A stretch of DNA of 64,000 nt. Source: Octopus bimaculoides. Lineage: Eukaryota. The stretch covers positions 8,400,621 through 8,464,620 of the forward strand of contig NC_069001.1 in the NCBI RefSeq assembly GCF_001194135.2, given 5' to 3'. The first letter of the stretch is position 1, and each line of letters starts with the position of its first letter. A program made the translations under genes and the position numbers. Positions 13,212-23,925 of this stretch are shown in pieces. The notes under the pieces were generated by a model. The model was given only the letters and a program-made list of their open reading frames with translations, searched no databases and was not told the origin of the DNA.

Positions 13212-16200
13212 TGATGTAAGTGACCATATATTATTACATGTATATAACTACCACTTTGATATGATATGCATGGTATCATTTTCATGATATTTTTCTCAAC
13301 ATGGTGTTGATGTTTACATGTATTTATATTTTTGTTTACTTAATGTCACCTATATAACTTCCACCGCTTAAAACCACTTTCTTTTCATTGTAGTCCATGC
13401 AGTACTGTCTATATACATAGTGTTCTCTGTATTGTGTTGTTTATGCCATACTCTCTACGTAATGTTCTCTGCACAACTTCCCTCTACCTAACTATCCCTG
13501 CACAATCTTCTCTATTTTTATGTCCCCTACATAATGTCTTCACACTTTTCTCCACATAAAGTTTCCTATATATCTTATATGCTATTTTCTCTAGTAGAAT
13601 ATTCTTTGTATAATGTCCTCAACACAATATCCTGTATATCATGTTCTCTACATATCACCCTTCATTAGTCTTCTATACAATACACTCTACATAATCTTCT
13701 CTATATAGTATCCTCTACATAATGCTCTATACCTGTTGTGTGCAATATTCCATAATTATTGCCCTTTACAGAATCTCCTCTACATAATATGGTCTGCGTA
13801 ATGTACTCTACTTGATGCTTCTGTATGGTGCCCCCTGCATGATATACATATATTGTGTGTGTATTTGTAGCTCTATGCTTATCTATATTTATCTACATGA
13901 TACTGACTAGATGGTGTTTACATAATGTAGTTGACATTGTGTCATGTTATATGGTCTCTGTATTATCTTCTGCATGATGTCCCCTCCATACTGTCCCTTG
14001 CATGATGTCCTCTCCATATTGTCCCTTGCATGATGTCTTCTGCATACTCTCTCCTACATGATGTCCTCTCCATATTGTCCCCTGCATGATGTCCTCTCCA
14101 TGCTGTCCCTTGCATGATGTCCTCTACATATTGCTCCTTGCATGATGTCCTCTGTATACTGTCCCCTGCTTGATGCCCTCTACATATTGTCCCCATGCAT
14201 GATGTCTTCTACATAGTGTTCCCGCTACCATGTAGTCTTCATATTCTGGTCTACACAGTGTTAAGTGTCATCTCTAATTGATTGTTTCCCTTATTTTGCC
14301 CCTCTTTCTCTCTTTCCAGCAGGGTTTTCATGGAATCTGAATATAGTGAGTTATGCTGTTGCCATTTATGATTATTCAGCAACGGCCACCAACCAGCTTT
14401 CATTGCGGGTGGGTGACCGGGTGGCAATATTGAGCAAAGCTGGAGGTGACAAGGGCTGGTGGAAAGGAAAGATTCTACATTATGGAAAGGTATGCTTCTG
14501 CTTCATTTAGCAACATAACCTTCAACTCATTAACTCTACTAAAACAACAAAACAACCCTTCTTTCTCTAGTTTTTATTTTTCTGGTGTTTTATATGATTA
14601 CCTAGGAGTTATCCAACAATTACCACAACATTCCTTCATTTGATTGAGCCTTTTAAATTATTCTTTACTCAAGAAGTATTTCATGACCAACATTGATTGA
14701 TTAAAAATCAATTTTAAGTGTTTTGCTTGATTACTCAGGTTATACAACAACATAACAACTACAATAATGTTGTTTTTTTTTTTTGATCCAGACTCATCTA
14801 TACGGTTTGGCTTCAAAGCCCATTGTGTTTATGTACGTGTGTGTGTGTTGGTGCCACATAAAAAGCACTCGTGCTGGTGCTACGTTCAAAGCACTCAATA
14901 CACTCTATAAAGTGAAGGGCATCCAGCAATGGAAACCATGCTAGAGCAGACGGTGGAGCCTGGTGCAACCCTCTGGCCTTACTAGCTTCGATAAAACTGT
15001 TCAACCCATGCCAGCATGGAAAATGGATGTTAATAATGATGATGATAATGTATGTCTATATGTATGTGTTTGTCTCCTGTTTGACAACCAAAGTTAGTTT
15101 GTTTACATTCTTGTAACATTAGTGGTTCAGCAAAGGAGAGCAATGGAATAAGTATCAGACCTCAAAGATAAGTATTGAGGTAGTTAGTAGAAAGAAGCAT
15201 CTGGTTATTAAGGACAGTTACTTCCTAGAACCTCCCTACTTACCAACCTTCTATGCAGTCAGGTTGAAATTACTACGGAAGTAAATTTACCTACCTCCCT
15301 ATCCATCCATCCACCTGATTATCTCCCTTCCCACCCACCCATCTCCGTACCTACCTACCTACCTACCTACCTACCTATCTGCCTACCCACACACCCATAT
15401 AAATGTTGCTTAGAGCAAGGCCAGTCTTGGTTCTACAGATTTCTGATATGTGGATAGCTAGTTGAATGACTTGTTGCAAATCATTGTTTCTCTGGTGAAT
15501 TTTAGATAATTCTTTGGGTATTCCACTTATAATTTTCTGCTCATAACCCTTTAGCATTTAAACTGGCCATATTCAGCCTAAATATGCCCTCTAAATATTA
15601 TGATCAAACTGGCTAGATTCAGCCTCTCACATCTGGTTGACTTTGTCATTTCTAAAAATAAACAATCACATTGTAGAAATCAAAGCTATGAGATAATGTA
15701 TGATGTCTTTAAAAGAACCAAAATAAATAAACATTACATTTGACAGAATAATCCGAATGCTAAAGGGTTAATAGACAAGGGTGTGGTTGAAGGAAACCCC
15801 TTTGTTTTTTCTGACAAATCATGTAATCATATAGGAACACTCTCATTGGCTTGTCCACACATACACATACATAGAGAGAGCATTGTGTGCGTGTGTGTTT
15901 GTGTGTATGGGGAATGTATACTCTCTTTACTCTTTTACTTGTTTCAGTCAGTTGACTGTGGCCATGCTGGAGCTCTGCCTTTTAGTCGAGCAAATCAACC
16001 CCAGGGCTTATTCTTTGTAAGCCTAGTACTTATTCTATCGGACTCTTTTTGCCGAACCACTAAGTTACGGGGACGTAAACACACCAGCATCGGTTGTCGA
16101 GCGATGTTGGGGGGACAAACACAGACACACAAACATATATACACACACACACATATATACGATGGGCTTCTTTCAGTTTCCGTCTACCAAATCCACTCAC

Positions 16201-17004
16201 AAGGCTTTGGTCGGCCCGAGGCTATAGTAGAAGACACTCGCCCAAGGTGCCACGCAGTGGGATTGAACCCGGAACCATGTGGTTCGTAAGCAAGCTACTT
16301 ACCACATAGCCACTCCTACGTCTATAATGTGTAGTATCTTTGGTTTTGGGTTTTTTTTAAAGTTCAGCCCAACCCTGATGTAGAAGAGCAGAGATGTTCC
16401 AGCCATGAACATCCCACCTATTGTCCACACACAATATATATCTAGGATACATTATTATCTAATATGTCCTTCATTTCTGTTTTCAAAGACTAGTGTGATT
16501 TAAGAAAGATCTGGTGCTGATTCTAGGTGATTAAGCAACCACCTCATGCCTCCCTCCTTGGCTTGTCCACTAATTAATAATATCAGATTTAGGCTCAAGG
16601 CCAAGAATTTCGACCTGGATTACTTGATTAACCTAGTGTTTCACTGGTACTTTATTCTATTAATCCCATAAAAATGAACGACAATGTTTTCCTTGGCAGA
16701 ATTTGAACCTAAAAAGTAGAGAACCTGAACAAATACTGCAAATTATTTAGTATAATACTCTACCTAATTATTTTGTATAATACTCTACCTAATTATTTTG
16801 TATAATACTCTATCAAACACTGCACTACATAAATAAGCATTTCCTGATGTTTGTTGTTCTTACAGTTTCTTTTTTGCACTTCGTCTCCTTTTGGAACCCA
16901 TTTTTGACTCCTTTACCGAATGTCACGTTTACCTTTCTTTTTCTCTGCCTCATCTGCAGGTCGGCTACTTTCCACTAACATACGTACGAGAAGAAGAAGA
17001 CTAA
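655..17004 (+). CDS. vav: Vav-family guanine nucleotide exchange factor, 3' part (nSH3-SH2-cSH3); spliced CDS, 5' end lies upstream of the window
   Basis: Exons 655-678, 1106-1227, 1595-1657, [2902-3023 or 3110-3237], 8978-9100, 10388-10478, 11554-11647, 14320-14489, 16960-17004, all AG/GT and phase-compatible (1,1,0,0,2,2,0,1,0). The translation has the Vav-type nSH3 (EYLGIPAPP...EWCRGRLRGDEGWFP), SH2 (YPWYVGPMER...GHASGTYMIRES...VRHIKV...ELVEWYQENSL...LKIPFK) and cSH3 (AVAIYDY...LSLRVGDRV...GGDKGWWKG...VGYFPLTYVREEED*). These match Vav2/Vav3 motifs as I recall them (HASGTYLIRE, GGDQGWWKG). Confidence 0.95.
1106..1227 (+). CDS. vav: vav exon, N-terminal SH3 first part (SHVRSLEEYLGIPAPPNERTALKFQSDTVIELLQKSDEWCR)
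   Basis: ttttacag| ... |gtaagt; 122 nt, phase 1-0; G-x-P-x-P-P RT-loop typical of Vav nSH3. Confidence 0.9.
1595..1657 (+). CDS. vav: vav exon, nSH3 second part (GRLRGDEGWFPARSVSDVSSR)
   Basis: ccattccag| ... |gtacgt; 63 nt, phase 0-0; GWFP SH3 motif. Confidence 0.92.
2902..3023 (+). CDS. vav: vav alternative linker exon A (SRTACYEKAFPQKATEKAHPTKFLNGINPSSQVKNLASYP-W)
   Basis: tctgtttccag| ... TATCCTTG|gtatgt; 122 nt open, phase 0-2, ends in YPW exactly as exon B does. Confidence 0.75.
3110..3237 (+). CDS. vav: vav alternative linker exon B (DHHRKTSYTEHKLNGHHHAITNTTEHGNNLPKFDTSMLTKYP-W)
   Basis: cctttttcag| ... TACCCTTG|gtatgt; 128 nt open, phase 0-2, supplies the SH2-initial Trp. Confidence 0.8.
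3275..3570. repeat. Degenerate ~22-bp tandem repeat (CTAGAATATTCCAACATTCCCA)
   Basis: Recurrent AGAATATT(T/C)CA.CATT motif. Confidence 0.65.
4620..5290. repeat. Degenerate ~33-bp minisatellite (AACCTCTTCTATAACCATGACTATCACTACATT)
   Basis: Recurrent TCTTCTATAACC and ACTATCACTA at about 33-bp spacing. Confidence 0.75.
5986..6215 (+). mobile_element. tRNA-related SINE family B
   Basis: CTGGCAGAATCGTTAGC...AAATTCCACTGAGGTCGACTTTGCCTTTCATC...GGTCGATAAA...CCTTGTG...(ATT)n; flanked by (ATT)n. Confidence 0.85.
6715..7410 (-). mobile_element. Decayed CR1-group LINE 3' fragment
   Basis: Minus-strand translation gives YNGIEQ / AQVRPIME-type post-RT motif and downstream SLLHLFYHCYSG, with frameshifts; higher GC than the flanks. 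Confidence 0.55.
7719..7852. repeat. 41-bp inverted repeat with 52-bp spacer
   Basis: TGAATAACATCCTATAGCTTCATCAGAGCCTCAAATATGAA vs reverse complement of 7812-7852, 3 mismatches. Confidence 0.9.
8978..9100 (+). CDS. vav: vav exon, SH2 first part (YVGPMERDCATKKLEGHASGTYMIRESQNPTRAGELSLSI-C)
   Basis: ccttcatccag| ... |gtaagt; 123 nt, phase 2-2; SH2 FLVRES-like YMIRES. Confidence 0.95.
10388..10478 (+). CDS. vav: vav exon, SH2 middle (FDSTVRHIKVNKTSDGDFFLADIKFFHSLP)
   Basis: tttgtccttatag| ... |gtaagt; 91 nt, phase 2-0; V-x-H-I-K-V motif. Confidence 0.95.
11554..11647 (+). CDS. vav: vav exon, SH2 end (ELVEWYQENSLVHSFPELKTQLKIPFKESTT)
   Basis: ttcatttag| ... |gttggt; 94 nt, phase 0-1. Confidence 0.95.
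13971..14223. repeat. 28-bp minisatellite, 9 copies (TGCATGATGTCCTCTCCATATTGTCCCT)
   Basis: Units start at 13971, 13999, 14027, 14055, 14083, 14111, 14139, 14167, 14196. Confidence 0.92.
14320..14489 (+). CDS. vav: vav exon, C-terminal SH3 (AGFSWNLNIVSYAVAIYDYSATATNQLSLRVGDRVAILSKAGGDKGWWKGKILHYGK); alternative start 14323
   Basis: tctctttccag|cag| tandem acceptor ... |gtatgc; phase 1-0; canonical SH3 motifs. Confidence 0.95.
14840..15048 (+). mobile_element. SINE family E (GGAAGGGCATCCAGC motif, (GAT)n tail)
   Basis: AAGGGCATCCAGC...CAACCCATGCCAGCATGGAAA...(GAT)n; copies at 20020-20250, 56450-56640, 63830-63972 (+) and 34404-34560, 50340-50560 (-). Confidence 0.75.
15544..15771. mobile_element. 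piggyBac-type MITE family 1
   Basis: TAACCCTTTAGCATTTAAA...GAATGCTAAAGGGTTAA; further copies at 21265-21465, 38970-39195, 50731-50930. Confidence 0.8.
15921..16317 (-). mobile_element. tRNA-derived SINE family A (internal (TA)n/(TG)n microsatellite)
   Basis: Head GGCTATGTGGTAAG...GGGTTCAATCCC, TTGGGC.AGTGTCTTCTACTATAGCC, body GACAACCGATGCTGGTG...CGTAACTTAG, tail GAAACAAGTAAAAGAG. Confidence 0.9.
16960..17004 (+). CDS. vav: vav terminal coding exon (VGYFPLTYVREEED*)
   Basis: ctcatctgcag|GTCGGCTACTTTCCA...GACTAA; completes the cSH3 GxFPxxYV; TAA at 17002-17004. Confidence 0.93.
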   Translation, partial: VGYFPLTYVREEED

Positions 17005-17727
17005 AACGAGGAAACCAGCATGCTCCGTCGCGAACTCCATCTGGTCTTTGTATTCCAAGGAACAACAAAAACACCATTACCGCAACAACATCAACAAAAA
17101 AAACTACTACAACAATATCGACAACAATCACTACCACCAGCACCACCACCACCACCACCGCNNNNNNNNNNNNNNNNNNNNNNNNNNNNNNNNNNNNNNN
17201 NNNNNNNNNNNNNNNNNNNNNNNNNNNNNNNNNNNNNNNNNNNNNNNNNNNNNNNNNNNNNNNNNNNNNNNNNNNNNNNNNNNNNNNNNNNNNNNNNNNN
17301 NNNNNNNNNNNNNNNNNNNNNNNNNNNNNNNNNNNNNNNNNNNNNNNNNNNNNNNNNNNNNNNNNNNNNNNNNNNNNNNNNNNNNNNNNNNNNNNNNNNN
17401 NNNNNNNNNNNNNNNNNNNNNNNNNNNNNNNNNNNNNNNNNNNNNNNNNNNNNNNNNNNNNNNNNNNNNNNNNNNNNNNNNNNNNNNNNNNNNNNNNNNN
17501 NNNNNNNNNNNNNNNNNNNNNNNNNNNNNNNNNNNNNNNNNNNNNNNNNNNNNNNNNNNNNNNNNNNNNNNNNNNNNNGAAAAAAAGAAGAACGCCCTAA
17601 CTTCACATTTTCCAGGGATCACCCACTTACTGGGTTCTGTCAGTTTTTAAAAAATGTGAGAACTATATATATGTATATGTGTGTGTGTGTGTGTATATAA
17701 ATACAAGTGTGTGTGTATGTGTGTGTG

Positions 17728-17763
<36 letters not shown>

Positions 17764-18017
17764 GTCCCATTTGTTCACTCAATCCAGCATCCCCCCACTT
17801 AAAAAACAACCTTTAATACAGAGAAGAAGAAGAAACAAAATCTTTGGATATGGTTTTAATATTATTGCCATAACATCTGTACATTGTGTGGAATTATTTG
17901 ACTAAACATGCAACCTACATTTCACCAATTTCATTATTTCTATCTACTTACCTATATATATATACATATATATATACATACATATATATATATATAAACA
18001 CTCACATATGCACATAC

Positions 18018-18055
<38 letters not shown>

Positions 18056-18327
18056 GTGTGTGTGTCAATCTATCTTGCTCTGTCTGTCTACTTCTTTCTA
18101 TCTGTGTATCTATCTATTTCTCTGTCTCTTTCTGTGATGTCTTTTACTGTCTGCCTGTCTCCCTTTCTTGAGATTATTTTGATTATCTTTGAACAAACTT
18201 TCTCATTGAGTGTTGCATCTCTTACAACACACACGCACATACACACATACACACACTGCTACTACTTCTCTCAGATTGACTGTGGAGTTGTTGCAGCCCC
18301 AAACGTTACATGAGGACAGAAGCTACC

Positions 18328-18490
18328 CTCACATGTTGACAAAACTGCTTTCACATGTGGGCAAGAATGCTGCCTTCACATGTCGACAAAACTGCTTTCA
18401 CATGTAGGTAAATAAAAAGAAACTGCCCCATGTGTTGATAAAACTGCTTTGACATATAGGTAAAAAGGCTGCCTTCACAATGTGGACAAA
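18328..18490. repeat. ~47-bp dimeric tandem repeat (22+25 bp subunits), about 3.5 copies
   Basis: TTCACATGTCGACAAAACTGCT / TTCACATGTGGGCAAGAATGCTGCC. Confidence 0.75.
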
Positions 18491-18848
18491 ATCAAATTGA
18501 TTCTAAGAAAACAATGAACACTAAAAAAAAAAGAAAGATTGTTTTTTTGGAACTTGGATATTATTAGTGTAAAATGATTTCTGCTGACTACAGGAAAATA
18601 ACTGCCATGTATGTATATGTTTGTAAGCGTGTGTGTGTGTGTGTACACACACACATATATATATATAAACATATATACAAAAATATGTACATATATAAAC
18701 ATATATACATATATGTAAACAAATATAAGCACACACACACACACACACACACATATATGTATATATATAACAGTCATTTACACACATGCACACATATTGA
18801 CACACACATATGCGCATTATATACATACACACACTCATACACCTATAT

Positions 18849-18888
<40 letters not shown>

Positions 18889-19155
18889 GTATGTATGTAT
18901 GTATGTTCGCATATGTGTAGTATGTGTGTGTGTGTGCGTATATATATATACACACACACGTGTACGTGTGTGTGTTTTCTTTTGATTTCTGTTGTTTTTT
19001 TGTTTACTTCTAAATTTAAATATTTTGTTTATTGTACCACCTCCATTTTAGTTCTTTTTATTATTTCTATCATTTATGATTATTATTTTTATTATCAGCT
19101 TATCAAGTTTGAGTTACTCCATTTTACATACACCACATAGGCACACAGGTTTTAT

Positions 19156-19546
19156 TGTTGTTGTTGGCACTCCGTCGCTTACGACGTCGAGGGTTCCAGT
19201 TGATCCGATCAACAGAACAGCCTGCTCGTGAAATCAACATGCATGTGGCTGAGCACTCCACAGACACGTGTACCCTTAACGTAGTTCTCGGGGATATTCA
19301 GCGTGACACAGAGTGTGACAAGGCTGACCCTTTGAATTACAGGCACAACAGAAACAGGGAGTAAGAGTGAGAGAAAGTTGTGGTAAAAGAGTACAGCAGG
19401 GTTCGCCACCATCCCCTGCCGGAGCCTCGTGGAGCTTTAGGTGTTTTCGCTCAATAAACACTCACAACGCCCGGTCTGGGAATCGAAACCGCGATCCTAT
19501 GACTGCGAGTCCGCTGCCCTAACCACTGGGCCATTGCACCTCCACT
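19156..19546 (-). mobile_element. Full-length tRNA(Arg-like)-derived SINE, family C, with 13-bp TSD
   Basis: Head GGTGCAATGGCCCAGTGGTTAGGG...GGTTTCGATTCCC (A/B boxes), (AAC)n tail, TSD ACACAGGTTTTAT at 19143-19155 and 19547-19559. Confidence 0.92.
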
Positions 19547-21467
19547 ACACAGGTTTTATAGATGCACCTATATATGCAAGGTTTTTACATGGTTAGTTCA
19601 CACAATGACAATATAGATAGATATTCAGGGCTGTTACATGCGAGACACATTGGCTTACACATCATAGCAGCCCTCATCTACCCTTCCCCTCCTCTTCCTA
19701 ATAAGTTATCTAAATCTCAAAGACTCCACACTGATCTCTTAATTTCTCATTACCTTATAGAAGTTATCTCAGCAAGCCTGGACTTTCTCCAGATGAGTAC
19801 AATAAAAGAGAGACGTGAATGAGTAGGTGGTGTTGTGTTGTGTGGAAGAATTGCTACACCTTCTGTTCAACCTGTCATTAATCTACTCTTCTAGTATGTG
19901 ATTAACCCTGTAGCTCTTCTACTGTGAGAAGCCTGTAGTTGTGCTCAGGCCCATTTTCTTTCATACTTTATCCTTCTCTATTTCTTCATCTTGTATCATA
20001 AAGTTACCCCTCGGTCAGGGTTTGTAGTCTTGCTAGCAACATGGTGACCTAACTCAGGGCTGGTGTCATGAGAAAAAGTACCCAGTACTTGCTGTAGAGT
20101 GGTTGGCATTAGGAAGGGCATCCCAACTGTATAAACCATGCCAAGTGGACTCTGGAGCATGATGCAGTTCTTTTTATTCACCAGACCCTGTTGAACTATT
20201 GAATCCATGCCAGCATGAAACATGGATGCTAAATGTTGATAGTGATGAAGAAGAGGAGGTAATTATGAATTACAAAAGAAAAGAAGAAAAAAAAAATGCT
20301 GATTTTGTTCCCCCCTAAATCTGCTGTATCACACCTGGTCAGCCAGTGAACACTACCACTTCCCCTTGCTCCCACCGCAGCCACTCTTTATACAGCTTCT
20401 CTGTCCCTATCTCTGTCGTTTCACTATCCTCCCCCATCTACCTGGTGGTATTGCCCCCTCCAACTCCTTTCCTACCCCACCATGCTCATTGTCACCATGC
20501 CATTTACCAAACTAATTAAAAAAAAAAAAATTTTTTATCAAGAATTGGTTCAAACAGTATTTCTTGGTTGGTAGAATGGCAGGAGAGGAAAATAATTTCA
20601 AAGAAATCTTTTAAAATTTTATTTGCNNNNNNNNNNNNNNNNNNNNNNNNNNNNNNNNNNNNNNNNNNNNNNNNNNNNNNNNNNNNNNNNNNNNNNNNNN
20701 NNNNNNNNNNNNNNNNNNNNNNNNNNNNNNNNNNNNNNNNNNNNNNNNNNNNNNNNNNNNNNNNNNNNNNNNNNNNNNNNNNNNNNNNNNNNNNNNNNNN
20801 NNNNNNNNNNNNNNNNNNNNNNNNNNNNNNNNNNNNNNNNNNNNNNNNNNNNNNNNNNNNNNNNNNNNNNNNNNNNNNNNNNNNNNNNNNNNNNNNNNNN
20901 NNNNNNNNNNNNNNNNNNNNNNNNNNNTATTATTTTGTTGGTGCAACAGCTGGTAAAATCAATTCAACGGAGCCAAAATGCCAAAAATTTGTTATTTAGT
21001 TAGTCATGTCCTTTCTTTGAATTGCTGATTCAAAAATCTTTGCTTCCAGTTGCTGACAAAATAAAGTAACAGTCAAGTACTTGGGTAGCAGGTGTAAGTG
21101 CCCTCCCCACACCATCCAAAAATTGCTGTACCATGGGGATGTGGTGGGTGGGTTTATAAAATAAAGTACCAAATACTAGGTTAATATGATCAATTATGTC
21201 CATCTCTTTAATTTTAAGCTGTGTACCTACATGAGAAGTCATGGATAGTGAGTTTGCAAAATTTTTAACCCTTTAGTGTTCAGATTGCTCTGCCAAATAG
21301 AATGCTTATTTATTCACATTGTATTGACTTAGTCATGCATTATCTCTTAAATTCAAGATTTCGATGATGTGAATGTGTAATTTTTAGATTGACATTGTAC
21401 GGTAGGTGTGAGAAACCAGATCTGGCCAGTTTGAACATAAAACAAGTAACATATATGGGCCGGACTA

Positions 21468-21851
21468 GTTAGTTGGCACTGCGTCGCTTACAACGTTGAG
21501 GGTTCCAGTTGATCTGATCAACGGAACAGCCTGCTCATGAAATTAACATGCAAGTGGCTGTGCACTCCATAGACACGTGTACCCTTAATGTAGTTCTCGG
21601 GGATATTCAGCGTGACACAGTGTAACAAGGCTGACCCTTTGAATTACAGGCACAACAGAAACAGGAAGTAAGAGTAAGAGAAAGTTGTGTTGAAAGAGTA
21701 CAGCAGGGTTCGCCACCATCTCCTGCCGGAGCCTTGTGGAGCTTTAGCTGTTTTCTCTCAATTAACACTCACAATGCCTGGTCTGGGAATCGAAACCGCG
21801 ATCGTATAACCGCGAGTCTGCTGCCCTAACCACTGGGCCATTGCGCCTCCA
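21468..21851 (-). mobile_element. SINE family C copy
   Basis: Colinear with 19156-19546 over its whole length. Confidence 0.9.
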
Positions 21852-23571
21852 GTAGAAAGGATTATTATTATTATTAAAACCACTGCCAACTCCCTTCTGT
21901 TCCCCCTCCCCCTTTAAAATTCTTTTTTTCTTTTCACTCACTTTCATATTTTATTTTGGTTTGCTTTGCAAAAATCTAGAAAACCATAGAAAGCTTGAAT
22001 TAGGAACAAGATGAGAATAGATATTAGTAAAAGAAAATTCCATTGATATTTCTAAATTGGGAAAGGATCCTAGAGGAACTCTGAGCATTTCTTGTTGGAA
22101 AACCTGTTTAGAAGAAAATCTCATATCCCATCTTTAAGTCATCTAAATTAAAACTGTCTATCAGATTTTCATATAAATTTATGTTCCAAACACTAGTTAG
22201 ATAACAACAAAGTTATTTTACTAAATTTTTTATTATTTCCAAAAATAATTTAAACGCTAGCGATGTATATCAATAGGAACATGGTAACAAAAGGGTTAAA
22301 AGTTGATAAAAACTGCTGATACATATGAAGATAAAGATTATTTTAATACCAGGAGCATTTAATGATCTAATATAGTATACAAATAGTATAAGATGGAGAA
22401 AATACGCAAGAAGTGAAGATTCAGACCATATTTATTTATGACTCTCTTTACATCGTAAGTTTAACCCCTGACAAAGTCGGCTTTGTCTTTCATCCTATTG
22501 GGTTGATAAAATAGTGTACTAGTCAAGTACTGACTGCTCCCACTTCCTCTCAAAACTGCTGTGCCTAAATTAGAAACGATTATTATTATTATTATTATTT
22601 TCGTTTTTATTTTAGTTTTTCTTATTTGTGTCATTATTTTTGGGTGGCTAGTGGCAAAAATGATGCAGTGTTTGGACAAAAATGCATTTAGTTTCATCAC
22701 TTCATAATTTGAGTTCAAATCTTACCAAAGTTGACGACTTTAACTTTTGTCCTTCTGGGGTATTAATGAAATATAATAAGTAGTAATCATGTATTGGCGG
22801 CCATTTAAGGTGGGGGTGTCAATCTCACAGACTAAATCTTCCTTCCTTGCTTCCCACCAAAACATTTATCTGGCCAACTGCCTATGTAAGAAAACATTAT
22901 TATTATTATTATTATTATTTTGAATATTCTTTCTGACCAATTATTTTTATCAGCTGTTGCCAGCCATAATGGAAACCTTTTGTTTCCTACATCAGTTTCC
23001 ATGGAGATAGCATCAGCTATTCCAACCACACCACAAGCACCACAAACAACAATAACAACAACAAAACTTCTTGAGGGAACCTCTATGAGGTCACTTGTCC
23101 TGCTAGAAATAGCAACTCAATTTGTCAAAATCATACCCTACAAATTTTCAAAAAAAAAAAAATATAGAGGTGAAAAAGACAGAATGGAGAATGTAGTTGT
23201 GAATTTACAAAAAAAAAAAAAAAAGAAAAAGACAGGATAGTCACAACTGGATTGTCTTTGGGCATATATCTGCTGAACCAGGGCTAACCAGCAGTTAAAC
23301 ATCTCTACCAACAACCGCAACAACAGCACTCGACTGAACACTAATAATCTATGCAGTCCCTCCTAATTTCCTCCCAAGATCTGTCACACACACATATTTG
23401 CGCATGTGCGCACACACATGTACACACACACACAGTGGATCTGGAACTTGTATCTTGTTGTATAAAGTGATCTGTTCTCCGTTAGGGATTAAATTGCAGC
23501 TGTTTTCTTCTTCTCATTCACGTTTCTTTCTTTAATCATCTTGGACAGTATTTTATTTTTGCAGGTAAAGG

Positions 23572-23604
<33 letters not shown>

Positions 23605-23925
23605 CTCTTCGGTCATCTTGAGTATGGAGGAAGTTGCAGTGTCTGATGTTTTTAGCTTTTTCTGTCTCTGTCACACTCTGCCACTCTCAATTTCTTTCTC
23701 TCTGCATCGTATCAGCTTCATATCAAGATGGCAGATAACTACAAGGTGTTGTTGAGATGTTCATTGACTGCATGCAGATTTGAACCAGTGCTTTATTTTT
23801 TAGAGAGAGGGACACAGGAAGTGGGAGGGTGATATAAAGGGCAAGAGAGAGAAATGGAGACTATATGAAGTGGGAGATAGGGCTGGATTGACCCTGGAGA
23901 AATGCAGTCAATATATTTAGAATTG

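Noticed and set aside
13971-14223. Regularly spaced repeats resembling a CRISPR array
   Set aside because: Contiguous tandem units with no unique spacers, in a eukaryotic intron, with no cas genes.
17002-17160. Stop-codon readthrough or extended vav C-terminus
   Set aside because: TAA-A context is non-leaky, the protein ends where Vav cSH3 domains end, and downstream is low-complexity UTR.
19470-19546. tRNA-like sequences (also 63474-63540, 16250-16317, 27017-27085)
   Set aside because: These are SINE heads: no proper acceptor stem, and they continue directly into repeat bodies with TSDs or tails.
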